From Antechinus flavipes (Eukaryota), in NCBI RefSeq assembly GCF_016432865.1, contig NC_067399.1, positions 485,894,001-485,958,000 of the forward strand: a stretch of DNA of 64,000 bases, read 5' to 3'. The translations under genes and the position numbers were made by a program. This document shows, piece by piece, positions 1 through 11,880 of this stretch. Every line of letters begins with the position of its first letter. The stretch's first letter is position 1. Under the pieces are notes generated by a model. The model did not search any database, was not told the origin of the DNA, and saw only the letters and a list, made by a program, of their open reading frames with translations.

Positions 1-520
1 TCCAATGATATCCTACTGTAAGAACTGAATCACATCAATCTTGACATTCTCATAACAAACGAAACCAAAAGAGAGTTGAAACTCCAAGGATGGCTCACGA
101 GTTGTCCTTGGAGAAATATATTTAAGTGAATTAGTGAAGATAAAACTGTGGTGCAAAAAAGAAACATAATTTAATGAGATGCTTGGTCACTTTGCATTGC
201 TGTACTTATGATGAAACATTTGTAAACAGACCACCATGGAAATAACTGCCCCTTATGTGCTAATTTATATTGCAAAGGATGAAGAGGTAGAGAAATTCTA
301 TAAAGAACGTGAAATGGTCCTACAAATTAAATTAATGTGTACTTTAATACTTAATTATTTCAATGCAAAGGAGAGCAGATGAGAAGACAGTGAGAAATGT
401 AGTATAAACTTTGGTTGGGAATAAAGAACTAGAGAGACTAAGGATCAACTTATTTACCACAGTACCTGAAACACAGAAAGTACTTGTAGATTCAATTACA
501 TATAATCAAACCATTAACTT
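1..520 (+). mobile_element. Degenerate RTE-clade LINE, endonuclease region
   Basis: Frame from 242 reads ITAPYVLIYIAKDEEVEKFYKE, then LILNYFNAK (cf. the APE-endonuclease LGDFNAK motif); stops and frameshifts elsewhere. Confidence 0.7.
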
Positions 521-599
521 GTTAGAGCAAATAATAGTATAGCTAATAATTATGTAACACTTTAGGATTTAGAAAGTACTTAATTTAGATGGTTTTTTA

Positions 600-1938
600 A
601 AAGCAGACTTTTTTTTTCAGTTTTAAATTATCTTCCTCCCCCATCCAATAAGGCAAGAAAAATAAACCCCATCACAAGTGGGTTTCTGCAAAACAAATTT
701 CTGCACCCCTTCCACCAAAAGAAAACAAAAATAAAACAACCAAACTAAAAAAAAAAAAAGAGAAAAAACACTTCATATTTTACTTTGAGTTCATTAAATC
801 TTTATCTGTGATGTTCAACATGTTTCTTCATTAATCCTTCATAACTGTGGTTAGTTATTGTATTGATCTGAGCTATTAAGTCTTTCAAAATTGTTTATCT
901 TTACAAAGTTGCTGTTACCGTGTGCATTATTCTGGGTCTATTTTATCAGTACATATAAATCTTATCAGGTTTTTCTGAAAGCAGTGGCTTCAACATTTCT
1001 TTTTTTTAATAATCACTTTTTATTTTTCAAAATACATGCAAAGATAGTTTACAACATTCACCCTTGCAAAACCTTGTGTTCAGAGTTTTTCTCCCTCCCT
1101 CCTCACCTCCTCTCTCTCCTAGGCAGCAAGTACATGTGCAATTCTTTTAAACATATTTCTACATTTATCATGCTTCTCCCATCCAATAAGAAGGCAAGAA
1201 AAATAAAACCCACCACAAATATGTATTTGCAAAACAAAGTTCTGTTCCCCTGCTCCACTTTGGAATTGATCTATACGACCTCATTGTTGAAAAGAGCCAA
1301 ATCTATCACATAATCTTGTTGCTGTGCACAATGTTTTTTTTTGGTTCTACTCATTTCACTTAGCCTCAGTTCATGTAAATCTCTCCAGGTCTTTCTGAAA
1401 ACAGCCTACTGATCATTTCTTATGGAAAAGTAATATTCCATTACATTCATATACCATAACTTATTCAGCCATTCCCCAACTGATGAGCATCCACTCAGTT
1501 TCTTAAAACTACAAAAAGGGCTGCTACAAACATTTTTGCATATATGGATCCTTTCCCCATTTTTTATGCTTCATCATTTCTTAAAAAAACAATAGTATGC
1601 CATCACATTCAAATACCATAACTTGTTCAATTATCCTGTAATTCCAATTCTTTGCCATCAAAACAGAATTACAATGAATATTTTTATACTTGTGATCAAA
1701 TTTTTTTTACTTTCATCTCTATAGGGTATAGTTTTTTGGGCATAGTTCCATGTTTTCCTGAATGGTTGGATTAGTGCACAGCTCCTTCAACAATGAATTA
1801 GGGTTATCTGTTGCATATTCTCAAACATTTAGCATTTTCCATTTTTTTTTAATCATCATAGCCAATTTCATGGTGTAAAGTGTTATCTCAGAGTGATTTT
1901 TAGTTGTATTTTTCTATTTATTAGCAATTTAGGGCATC
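600..1938 (-). mobile_element. Old L1 3' fragments (nested 3' UTR and ORF2 end), antisense
   Basis: Marsupial L1 antisense signatures such as ccataacttattcagccattccccaactgatg and gctgctacaaacatttttgca; 3' UTR motif ccatccaataa..ggcaagaaaaataaa occurs twice (about 640 and 1180). Confidence 0.75.
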
Positions 1939-1953
1939 AAAATGCAGCTAATA

Positions 1954-2715
1954 CAATCTGGAATTATGCCCAAAAAGTTATCAAACTGTGCATACCCTTT
2001 GATCCAGCAGTGTTTCTATTGGGCTTATACCCCAAAGAGATACTAAAAAAGGGAAAGGGACCGGTATGTGCCAAAATGTTTGTAGCAGCCCTGTTTGTAG
2101 TGGCTAGAAACTGGAAAATGAATGGATGCCCATCAATTGGAGAATGGCTGGGTAAATTGTGGTATATGAATGTTATGGAATATTATTGCTCTGTAAGGAA
2201 TGACCAGCAGGATGAATACAGAGAGGCTTGGAGAGACCTGCATGGACTGATGCTGAGTGAGATGAGCAGAACCAGGAGATCATTATACACTTCGACAACG
2301 ATATTGTATGAGGATGTGTTCTGATGGAGGTGGATTTCTCTGACAAAGAGACTTAACTGAGTTTCATTGGATGAATGATGGACGGAAACAGCTGCACCCA
2401 GGGAAGGAATACTGGAAAATGAATGTGAACTATTTGATTTTTGATTTTCTTCCCGAGTTATTTTTACCTTCTGAATTCAACTCTCCCTGTGCAGTGGGAG
2501 AACTGTTCGGTTCTGCAGATATGTATTGTATCTAGGATATACTGCTACATATTTAACATATATAGGACTGCTTGCCATCTTGGGGGGGGGGGAGGAGGGA
2601 GGGAGGGGAAAAGACGGAGCATAAGTGATTGCAAGGGATAATGCTGTGTAAAAATTATCCTGGCATGGATTCTGTCAATACAAAGTTATTATTAAATAAA
2701 AAATAAAAATTAAAA
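1954..2715 (+). mobile_element. Young 5'-truncated L1 with intact ORF2 C-terminus, 3' UTR, A-tail and 15-bp TSD
   Basis: ORF 1893-2324 encodes the L1 ORF2 C-terminus (IWNYAQKVIKLCIPFDPAV...GKLWYMNVMEYY...LYEDVF*); G-rich tract and A-tail follow; aaaatgcagctaata at 1939-1953 and 2716-2730. Confidence 0.92.
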
Positions 2716-2759
2716 AAAATGCAGCTAATAATAGCTTTGATTTCTTCTAGTGAAAATTG

Positions 2760-3480
2760 TTCATTCCAGGTAAAGATAATGATAAATGTTGGAAGGAATG
2801 TAGGAAAACTGGGGCATTAATACATTGCTGGTGGAGTTTTGAATTGATCCAATCACTCTGGAAAGCAATTTGAAACTATGCCCAAAGGGTTATAAAACTG
2901 TATATACCCTTTGACCCAGTAGTGTGATTACTGGGTTTGTATCTCAAGGAAATCATAAAGAAAGGAAAAGAATCTATATGTACAAAAATGTTTGTAGCAA
3001 CATTTTTTGTGGTAGCAAAGAATTAGAAAATGAATAGTTGTCCATCAATTGGGAAATAGCTAACAAGTTGTAGTATATGAAGGTAATGGAATATTACTGC
3101 TCTATAAAAAATGATGAACAAATTGATTTTTAGAAATGCCTGGAAAGATTAACATGAACTATTGCTAAATGAAACAAGCAGAACTAGGGATACATGGGTC
3201 ACAATAACAGCAAGAATGTGCAATGATCAACTATGAAAGACTGTTCTTCTCATTGGTCCGGTGATTTAAAGCAATCCCAATAGACTTTGGACAGAAAATA
3301 CCATCTGCATCCCCCCAAAAAACTAAGGAGACTAACTGTAAATTAACATATGCTATGTTCACTTCTTTTTTGTTTTTTTCTCTCTCCCATAGTTTTTCTT
3401 TTTTGCTTTGATTTTTCTCTTCCAATATGATTTACAAAGCAATATGTATTAAAAATAAAAAAATTTACTAGGGAAAAAAA
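2760..3480 (+). mobile_element. Older 5'-truncated L1 (ORF2 end and 3' UTR) nested in the antisense L1
   Basis: Degenerate L1 ORF2 end (tgttggaaggaatgtaggaaaactgggg...aaactatgcccaaagg) ending in an A-rich tail; the host antisense L1 resumes at 3481 (gcccattcatatcttttgaccatt). Confidence 0.8.
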
Positions 3481-6400
3481 TGCCCATTCATATCTTTTGA
3501 CCATTATTAATTGGAGAATGGCTCTAATTTTTTTTGATAGATTATGATATGCATTTTCTTTTAAATTTTTTTATACCTGACTTGCTTATTATTTATCTCC
3601 AATTACATTTAAAACAAAAAAAATTTTCATGTTTTTAAAAAATTTTTTTGAGTTCCAGGTTCTCTCCCTTATCCTCAACCACAATTGAGAAACCACATGT
3701 GAAGTTATGCAAAGCATTTCCATAAAATTCAAGTTGTGAAAGAAAATACAGATCTCCCACCCTAATGAAAAGAAAAACCCTCAAGAAAAATTAAATTGAA
3801 AAAAAAGAAAAAGATGGAAAATGAGAATGCTTCAATTTATATTCAGACACAATCAGTTCCTTCTTTGAGTATAAACAGGATTTTTTATCCTAAGTCCTTC
3901 AGGGTAGTTGTGGATCGTTGTACTGCTGAGAATAGCAGTCATTTACAGCTGGTCATCTCAGAACATTGTAATTAGTTTGTACACAGTACATTTCACTTTG
4001 CTTAAAAGTTCATGAAGGACTTTCCAGTTTTTTTTTTTCCCCTAAGAGGATCCTGCTCATTATTTGAGTGGATCTAATTCTTAAAAAGTTGACTCCTATA
4101 TATTTTAGAAATTAGATCTTTAGAGGCTGCTAGATGGCTCAGTGGCCTGAAAATCAGGAGGCCCTGAAATCAGGAGGACCTGAGTTCAAATGGGGTCTCA
4201 GACACCACTTCCTAACTGTGTGACCCTGGACAAGTCACTTAACTCCAATTGCTTCAGGGGAAAAAAAAGAGAGATCTTTGTAAGAGAAACTTGCTGCAAA
4301 GATTTTCCCCTATTCCCTGTTTTCTTCTAATTTTAGCTGCTTAAATTTTGTTTGTGCAAAAACTCATATTTATATGATCAAAATTATCCATTTTAACTAG
4401 CATGACTTTCTATTTCTTGTTTGGCCATGAGCGAAAATTCCCCCATCAATAGTTTTGAAAGATAATTTCTTCCCTGCTTCACTAATTTGCTTAAGATTTG
4501 CTTGACATCATAAGAAAATGTCTAAATCAAGTACCCACTTTAAGCTCATCTTGGCATACGGTATAAATGTTAGTCGATGTCTAGTTTTTGCCAGGATAAC
4601 TTTCCAGTTTCCCTAATTATTTTTGTCAACCAATAGGTTCTTGCCCAAACAGCTCACTTGGGTTTAATCAATGTTATTTGGTTCATTTGTTTCTACATAG
4701 TATTGTATACCAAATTTGTTCCACTGACAATCCTCTCTATTTCTTGCCCAGTAATTTTACTTTTTGTTTTGATAATTTTAACTTTGTAAAATAATTTGAA
4801 ATCTGGTACTGCTAGAAACCCTTCCTACATAATTTTTATTTTCTATTGACTCTTTGATTTTTTCATGTATATTTGTGACTTTTTGTTCCACTAGATGAAT
4901 TTTGTTATTTTTCTAGCTCTATAGAATAAGTCTTTAATAGTTTGGCATGGTACTGAATAAGTAAATTAATTTAGATAATATTGTCATTTTTATTATACTG
5001 GCCCGGCCTACCATAAGCAATTAATACTTATTCAATTACTTATATCTGTCTTTATTTCTGTGAAGAATGATCTGTATTTGTATTCAACTAGTTTCTATGT
5101 ATATTTGAATAGGTAGACTTTCAAGTATTTGATATTGTCTGTAGTTATTTTAAGTGGAATTTCTCTTTTAGTTGGATACTGCTGGTAATATACAGAAATG
5201 CAGATGATTTGTGTCTGAGAGATCCTGACTATGGTTCCATTGAATTTGAATTCTTTCTTTCTACTTGAATTATTTGCTTCTGGATCCTAGAATTCAGAAT
5301 TTTGGCTATATTTTTTTTTAAGGAGTTTTCATTTTGGGGTTTCCTCCTGGAGTGACTGGTGGATTCTTTTGATTTCTACTTTGTCCTCTGGACTTAAGAT
5401 AACTGGACAGTTTTTCTTTATAATTTCTTGAAACATGTGGATCAGGTTTTTTTTCTTTTGTTCATTGTTTCTAGGTAGTCCAATGATTCTTAAATTATCT
5501 CACCTCAATTTATTTTCTAGGTCAACTATTTTTCTTGTATTTCATATTTTCTCCTATTTTTTCCCCAGCCTTTTAATTTTAGTATTTCCTGATGTCTCCT
5601 GTAATCATCAGTTTATATTTGTTCAATTCCAAATTTTAAGAAGTAATTTTTTAAAAGTAAAGCAATGTTTTGCACCTCTTTTACCATTTGAGCAATTTAG
5701 ATTCATAAGGAGTTATTTTTCCTTAACAATGTTTTATATCTTTTTTTTTGCCATTTAGCTAATTTTGATTTTTAGATATTTATTTTCTTTAGTAATATTT
5801 TGTGTCTCTTTTGAAAAGCTGTTATTCTCTTTTTCATAACTTTCTTTTGGAACTTTAATTTCTTTTCTTATTTTTTCTCTTCCATTTTTATTTGACTTAA
5901 AAAAATATTTTTCGTTCTCCCCCTCTTTTATCTTTTCTATCTGCCAATATTTCGATGACAAAAACCTTTTCTCTATCAATGCTGAGCTTGGGTCCAAGTT
6001 TTTCTGTCATTGTGGTAGTCCTTTATAGTTGGGGCTTTTTGTTTGTTCATTCTCCTGGTCTACTTCTTGACTCTGGATTTTATTTTAGTGTTGGACTCTG
6101 TTTGCTTGTGAGGAAGATGTCTGGTCTAAGTTTCTCTTTTTATATCCTTTTGCTGTTTTGACACCTCAGACTGGCAGCCTACAAATTTTCAATACTTCCA
6201 AGGTAGTTTGATTTGGGGGAGGTCTGTTCACTGCCCTCTTAGTATGAGCTCTGTTAGTTCCTGACCAGTTTGTATCTGTTGGATTGTATGTGGTTGAGTT
6301 TCCAATATTGCTACTATAATCAGTTAATGTTAGCCCACTAGGATGTTCTGTAGGTTGAGAGTAACTAAACTGCTTGACTCCCTTTTGGTATTGGTTTCCT

Positions 6401-6880
6401 GCCTTGGTTATTTCATTGGGACTAAAGGGTAAAGCTAAGTCTTCCTTCTGCTCTTGGGCTCAGAGCCACAAAGCTAAGCTCCATACATAGCTAAGGCTTC
6501 TTTTTTTTTTTTTTTAAATGACTCCTCATCCTTCTCTCTGGCCTGGCATTTGATAAAAGGCAACAGAATGGTCTGTAAACAGGTTCCTGTGCCTAGAGGT
6601 CTAGATTGGGTCTCCTACAATCTCTTTCTTTCCTGATGCTTCGCGTCCTTGAGTTCCTTTACTGTCCTTAGAATGCTAGAATGCTCCTGATTGCCATGAC
6701 TACATTTCTGGTCAGCTGTTGTCCCAGAGTCCTCAAGACCTCTTTATCTTCCTAACTTGCCCTGGGTTGGAAAAAATTACAATTTTTTATTGGTGTTCCC
6801 ATTTGGTGCATTTCCTAGATATTTGTGGAAGTATATCAGCTGAGCTAGACAAAAATGCTGACTCATTTTGCCATCTTGAC
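3481..6880 (-). mobile_element. Degenerate, internally deleted L1 (ORF2 pieces, ORF1 remnant, 5' region)
   Basis: Continuous L1 antisense-like text; ORF 5755-5997(-) is K/E/N-rich like the ORF1 coiled coil. Confidence 0.7.
4123..4270 (+). mobile_element. WSINE1-like short tRNA/CORE SINE
   Basis: gaggctgctagatggctcagtgg...gagttcaaat...aagtcacttaactccaattgcttc plus A-tail; agatcttt on both flanks. Confidence 0.75.
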
Positions 6881-7349
6881 TGCAGCTTTGGACATGAAGT
6901 ATTTTATTTGATTCTCACAAAACTCCTATGAAGTAGGCATTATTATACCCATTTTATAGATGAGGAAATTGAAGCAGAAAAAAGGTAACTTGTTTAGGAT
7001 CACCCAGCTAATAAATACCTGAGGTAGAGTTTGAACTCAAGTCTTTACTCCAAGTCCAAAGCTCAATTTACTATGCCTTCTAGCTGACACAAAGATCAAA
7101 ATCAACATCAAAATAAAAGAATAAAAATTAGAAGATGACATTAGAAGCAGAAATAGCACTAGACATGATATAGTCAAGAGCACTTACTCTAGAAACAGAA
7201 CTTGGGCCCAAATATCATATTTCATATTTCTTATCTAAATCGATTAACTTCTGGAGACTCAGCTTCCTTATTTCTAAAATGAAGATGGCCTAGACTTCAT
7301 CAGAGGTCCCTTACAGTTCTGCATTTATGAAATGGCCTCTAGTTAAGTA

Positions 7350-8180
7350 AACTACAATTAACACCAAAAAATGGATGGGGACAAAAGTAATAGTCTATTA
7401 TCATTTACTAAGGAAGTTTAATCAGTATAAGAAGAATAAGAGACAAGAAACTGCCTCAGCAAGCAAATACTCAATCATTTTGAAAACTGGGGAGTGATAA
7501 GATGCCAAAAGTCACATTAGTTTAGAATATAAATAGATGAGTAATATAAATACGTAGGAGAATGGTAAGAGTATGAGTAGTAGTGCCTCCTTAAAAAAGC
7601 ATGAAGCAAGGGCAATTAGATGGTGCAATGGATAGAGCACAAGTCAGGAAGACCTGAGTTCAAAGCTAGTCTCAGACACTTAACACTTCCTAGCTGTGTG
7701 ACCCTGGATAAGTCACTTAACCCCAACAGCCTCAGCAAGAAAACCAAAACAAACAAAAAACAAAAAACATGAAGCAGTAGAAGGCAAAAATAATTTTATC
7801 GAAAGACTTATAAAAGAATCATTTATGTCAGCTTACCTTTAAGGACATTTAAGGATAAAACTGGAAGAGGGGCAATGAACAAAAAATGTAAAAGACCTAT
7901 AAAAGACTCAATATTTCTATGACAAAAATCTTCTCTATCAATTAAAATGGAGATATAATATTTGGACTCTTAATATCACAGTTCCTGATATGATGTACAA
8001 AGAAACAGAAATAGCACTAGAAAAAAAACAAAAATGAGAAGAACAGTTGGCACAGATCAAGTATATTCGAAATATGTACTGGAGCTAGCAAAATTCTGAT
8101 TATTGAGGGAATCAATTCTCAAAATAACTGAGAGGAGGCTATCAAATAGTTGGAGAAAGTTATAGTCCTAAAAAGGCACA
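7350..8180 (+). mobile_element. Degenerate RTE LINE, middle portion (probable continuation of 1-520)
   Basis: A-rich RTE-like text leading to the RT start (ttggcacagatcaagtata); same orientation as the other RTE pieces. Confidence 0.5.
7609..7762 (+). mobile_element. WSINE1-like SINE with TSD
   Basis: gggcaattagatggtgcaatggatagagcac...ccccaacagcctcagc plus A-tail; aaaaa(g)catgaagca on both sides. Confidence 0.85.
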
Positions 8181-8194
8181 GAGAAAAGAATAGT

Positions 8195-8415
8195 AATTAT
8201 TGAGCACTTATGATTTCTACAAAATGTTTATGAGCTAACATAACATTCTCACTCTTTTTGCTGTTGTTTGTTTGCATTTTGTTTTCTTATTCATTTTCTT
8301 TCCTTGTTGATATGATCTTTCTTGTGCAGCAAGATAATTGTACAAATATGTTTACATGTATTTTAATATGTATAACATATACTGAAAGACTTGTCATCTA
8401 AGGGAGGGGATAACA
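8195..8415 (+). mobile_element. L1 3' UTR fragment
   Basis: ttttcttgtgcagcaagataattgtacaaatatg...gacttgtcatctaagggagggg resembles the UTR at 2440-2600. Confidence 0.65.
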
Positions 8416-8569
8416 TATTGGTTTCATCAAGGTCTAGAACACTTCAAGGGATACTTAAGAATCACAATCATTTCAAAAGTTAGACATAAGTATCCAAAAT
8501 ATGAAACTAAAAAAATCCAAATGTTTGAAGAACGTTTATTATCTAAATCAGAGGTGCAAATCTTGAAGT

Positions 8570-8690
8570 TTTAGGCATAATCTAATTTCATTTTCTTTAT
8601 GTTCACAATTCCACAAATAGGTTATTAACTAGTTAAGGTGCCTGATTTTCTGTAAGTGCCTCAGCTATTTAATTCCTTCATTCAAAAAAT
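8570..8690. repeat. Inverted copy of 13797-13918
   Basis: Manual alignment to the reverse complement: 1 substitution and 1 single-base indel over about 121 bp. Confidence 0.95.
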
Positions 8691-8694
8691 GAAG

Positions 8695-8820
8695 TCATCT
8701 AATGACTCCCTTTAAGCTGCTTTCTTTATGCAATTTTCCCCCCATTTTAATAAAACTGGTAACAATTTTATTAAATAAACCAATTTTATAGATAGAATAA
8801 AAATGTAATACACATAGATA
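8695..8820. repeat. Inverted copy of 10166-10293
   Basis: Manual alignment to the reverse complement: 7 substitutions and 2 indels (1 and 3 nt) over about 127 bp. Confidence 0.95.
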
Positions 8821-8965
8821 GTGTCTTGAACTGCACTGAAATGTAACTGGGAAATGTTTAAACAAAAAATAAATAAAATGTAACATAGATATTGTTAATT
8901 TGTGGTTTTCTAGTTAATATGCAGCCAGCAGGGATCGTTTCTATTTGAGTTTGACATTACTGATT
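8821..8965. mobile_element. hAT-type non-autonomous DNA transposon fragment (marsupial MITE)
   Basis: gttaatttgtggttttcta...atttgagtttgaca; an opposite-orientation relative lies at about 20978-21140. Confidence 0.6.
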
Positions 8966-9349
8966 TAGACTATGATATGCAATTGGTTTAACAACCCATA
9001 GATCTTGCCCATTAAATATATGTGTATGTGTGTGTGTGTGTGTACATGTACATGTATCTCAAATATATGTAATACATATACATTCTTGGATTGATATGGT
9101 AGATAGACGAAGCCCTGGGCCTTGAACTGAACAGACTAATGGTAGTGGGTTAAGATTACTTATGGGAAATTAGGAAGTGCTTCTAAGATGCTTCAGCTTT
9201 TGACTGAAACAAAGGCCTATTAAATACTATATGTCTGCAGGGTCAAGAAGATTGATAAAGATTTAAAGTTATAAATAACTAGGCAATGAAGTGGTGAATA
9301 TGAATAGGCTGTAACATATTCTTAAGAACGGTTCAACAATTTGAAACTA

Positions 9350-10075
9350 TGTCCTACAAGATACTAAATTGTGTATGATCTTTGACCCAGCTATATCACT
9401 ATTATTTGTATAATCAATATAAGAAAAAAGACATATATGTACACAAATATTTAGAGCAGCTTTTTACTAGAACTAAGGGTATCTCCTCCTATTGAAAGAT
9501 GGTTAAAAAAAAAACCTGGCATATAAATGTAACAGAATATATTACATTCCTTTAAGAAATGAAAAAAATAGGGGCAATTGGATGGCTTAGTAGAGCACCA
9601 TTCTGAAATGAGAAGGATCCGAGTTCAAATCTGTCCTCAGACATTTGCTAGCTGTGGGACTCTAGGCAAGTCACTTAATCCTTCCATTTCCAAGAAATGA
9701 CAAAAAAGGAGAGTTTCAGAGAAAATTGGAAGATCTCTGTGAACTAATACAGAGCAAAGTGAAGAGAATTAGAATAATCTATACAGCGAAAACAATATTA
9801 CAGAGAAAAAACAATATTGAAAGAATTTAGAAGTTCCATCAACTCAACGATAAACCATAAAACCACAAAAGCCTCCTGCCACAGAGGTGATGAATTTAAA
9901 ATGTAGAGACTTACATTTACATTACATGGCCAATGTGGGAATTTGCTTTGCCAGATTATGCAGTTATATATTCATTTGTTATTTCCTCAATGGAATAAAG
10001 GAGTAGTGGGAGGGACAGATTAATAAAAGAAAAAGAAAAAAGAGATATGCAATTAAAAAGAGAATTATAAGCAGC
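9350..10075 (+). mobile_element. Old L1 3' fragment interrupted by a SINE (about 9570-9690)
   Basis: caatttgaaactatgtcc...tttgacccagc (ORF2 end) followed by an L1 3' UTR and A-rich tail. Confidence 0.65.
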
Positions 10076-10244
10076 AATGTCGTCAAAGATAACACATTTT
10101 GAGAAACTTTATACCCAAAAAAAGTCCTTTCAACTTATTATTATAATGATTATTTTTGTTATAAATATCTATGTATATTACATTATTTTTATTTTATCTA
10201 TAAAATTGGTCTATATAATAAAATTGTTACCAATTTTATTAAAA

Positions 10245-10520
10245 TGGGGAAAAAATTGCATAAAGAAAGCAGCTTAAAGGAGTCATTAGATGAATGACGA
10301 AAAAGGAAATGATTTGGTCAAGTAATAAGAGAAAATAGGTAACAGATGATCAGCTTTTCTGCTTTGTTAGCATTTGTACAACACAAGCAACCAGAAGACA
10401 GTCCCCCAGACATTAGGTAGACGCCAAGTAGAAGGCTCATGAGAAGATACAGACTTGAGTTACATCAGATGAAACACTGACAAAGGCCATCACCATTTAA
10501 TAAAGAAGTTTAATTGATTA
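10245..10520 (+). mobile_element. RTE LINE 3' end
   Basis: Resembles the RTE C-terminal RWAGHVAR..DNRWT..GRPP..W region (gaaaaaggaaatgatttggtcaag...gtaacagatgatcagc...cccccagacattaggtagac). Confidence 0.55.
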
Positions 10521-11649
10521 AGAAGACAAAAAGATGTGGAATGACAGAGACTGTGATTTGTATGGTTAGAGAAAATAGCCATATCAATGATGGCATAGTT
10601 CCATTAAAGTTTTAAAACATAAAATTGTCCAATTTCATGTACAAATCAGTTAAAAAAGCCCAAAAAGATATATTAAAACACATTTCTTACACTTTATTTA
10701 TATCATAAAAATAAAATATAATTAAAGCCAAAAATAAGGAATGTGACAAGAGAAAGGAGACCAAAAAGAAAAGAGTATGAGACAATTGTCTTAAAAAAAA
10801 AAAAGGCAGAAAAATAATAAATTACATAAATCCTTCACAGAAGTTCTATCCATGGTTAGAGTCTTTTCAGCATCCCAGGAATAGTAAGGATAGTACTTGG
10901 GCTGTTCATCTGTTATCCTTCACATTATATACTTAATTCCTCCACAAAAGTCCAACTCTGATTTCTCTTTAAAAGGCTACCCTGAGTTCTTGAAGGCTAA
11001 GCCAATTGAGTAATAGATCTGGCAGCTTTTTCGAAGTTGAAAAAGTTTCTAGAATGGTTGTCATGACAATTTATATCTGTTAAGGATCAACCTTATTATA
11101 TATGGATAAACTCATCACTTGTAAGTTGGCCACTAGGTGATGAAATATTTATCCATAGCAACCCATTAAAACAAAGAAAAAATCCCAAAAGGTCCTTAGT
11201 ATTAAATATCCCCTTTCTATTTCAATCATGATTAAAAAGGAACAAAGGATTATACTGATACTTGCCATAAAGGAAATCAGAAAACAAAAAGAACTTGAAG
11301 CCAATGGAAGATGGATCAAAACTTTTTTTTTTCCTAGTAGCTTTTTCATTTATACTCTGCTTCTCTGTGACCACATATGGGTTTTCCTGGTATTAAGTAT
11401 TAAGAGTGGTTGGCTCCAGTATGTCCCCATTTACAGTTGAAGAACTGAGAAAAATAGAGGTTTAAATGACTTGTCCAGGGTCATATATCTAGTAAGTATA
11501 TGAAACAGGATTTAAACACAGGAATGGCTCTTCCTCATTCTTAGCCCAATGTTCTATCCACTTCACATCTACCTTCTCCAAAAGTTCTTAGAAGCAAATA
11601 AAGAAATCCTAGAATCACATATGCAAAATTAAGAGAGACAAGATATGGA

Positions 11650-11880
11650 AGCAGCTAGGTGGTATAGTATTTAGAGCACTGATCCTGGAATCAGTAAGAT
11701 CCCAGCTTAAATCTGGCCTCAGGCACTTACAAGCTGTGTGATCCTGGGCAAATCACTGAACCCCTATTGCTTCAGTTCCTCATCAGCAAAATGGGGACAT
11801 AGGAAAAAGAGAATGGCAAAGTACTCTGGTATTTTTGCCAAGGAAACCACACGGATTACATCCACTGGACACAAATGAAT
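11650..11880 (+). mobile_element. MAR1-type CORE SINE
   Basis: gcagctaggtggtatagt...CORE (agctgtgtgatcctgggcaaatcac)...BovB-like tail (gaatggcaaagtactctggtatttttgccaaggaaacc). Confidence 0.8.

Noticed and set aside
891-1313. 140-aa ORF
   Set aside because: Antisense L1 3' UTR text with F/L/S-biased composition.
8689-10299. 8695-10293 as a DNA transposon with 127-bp TIRs and an atgaag/atgacg TSD
   Set aside because: One arm overlaps pre-existing RTE sequence and the other abuts a second templated copy; no transposase remnant lies inside; the 5/6 flank match is probably chance.
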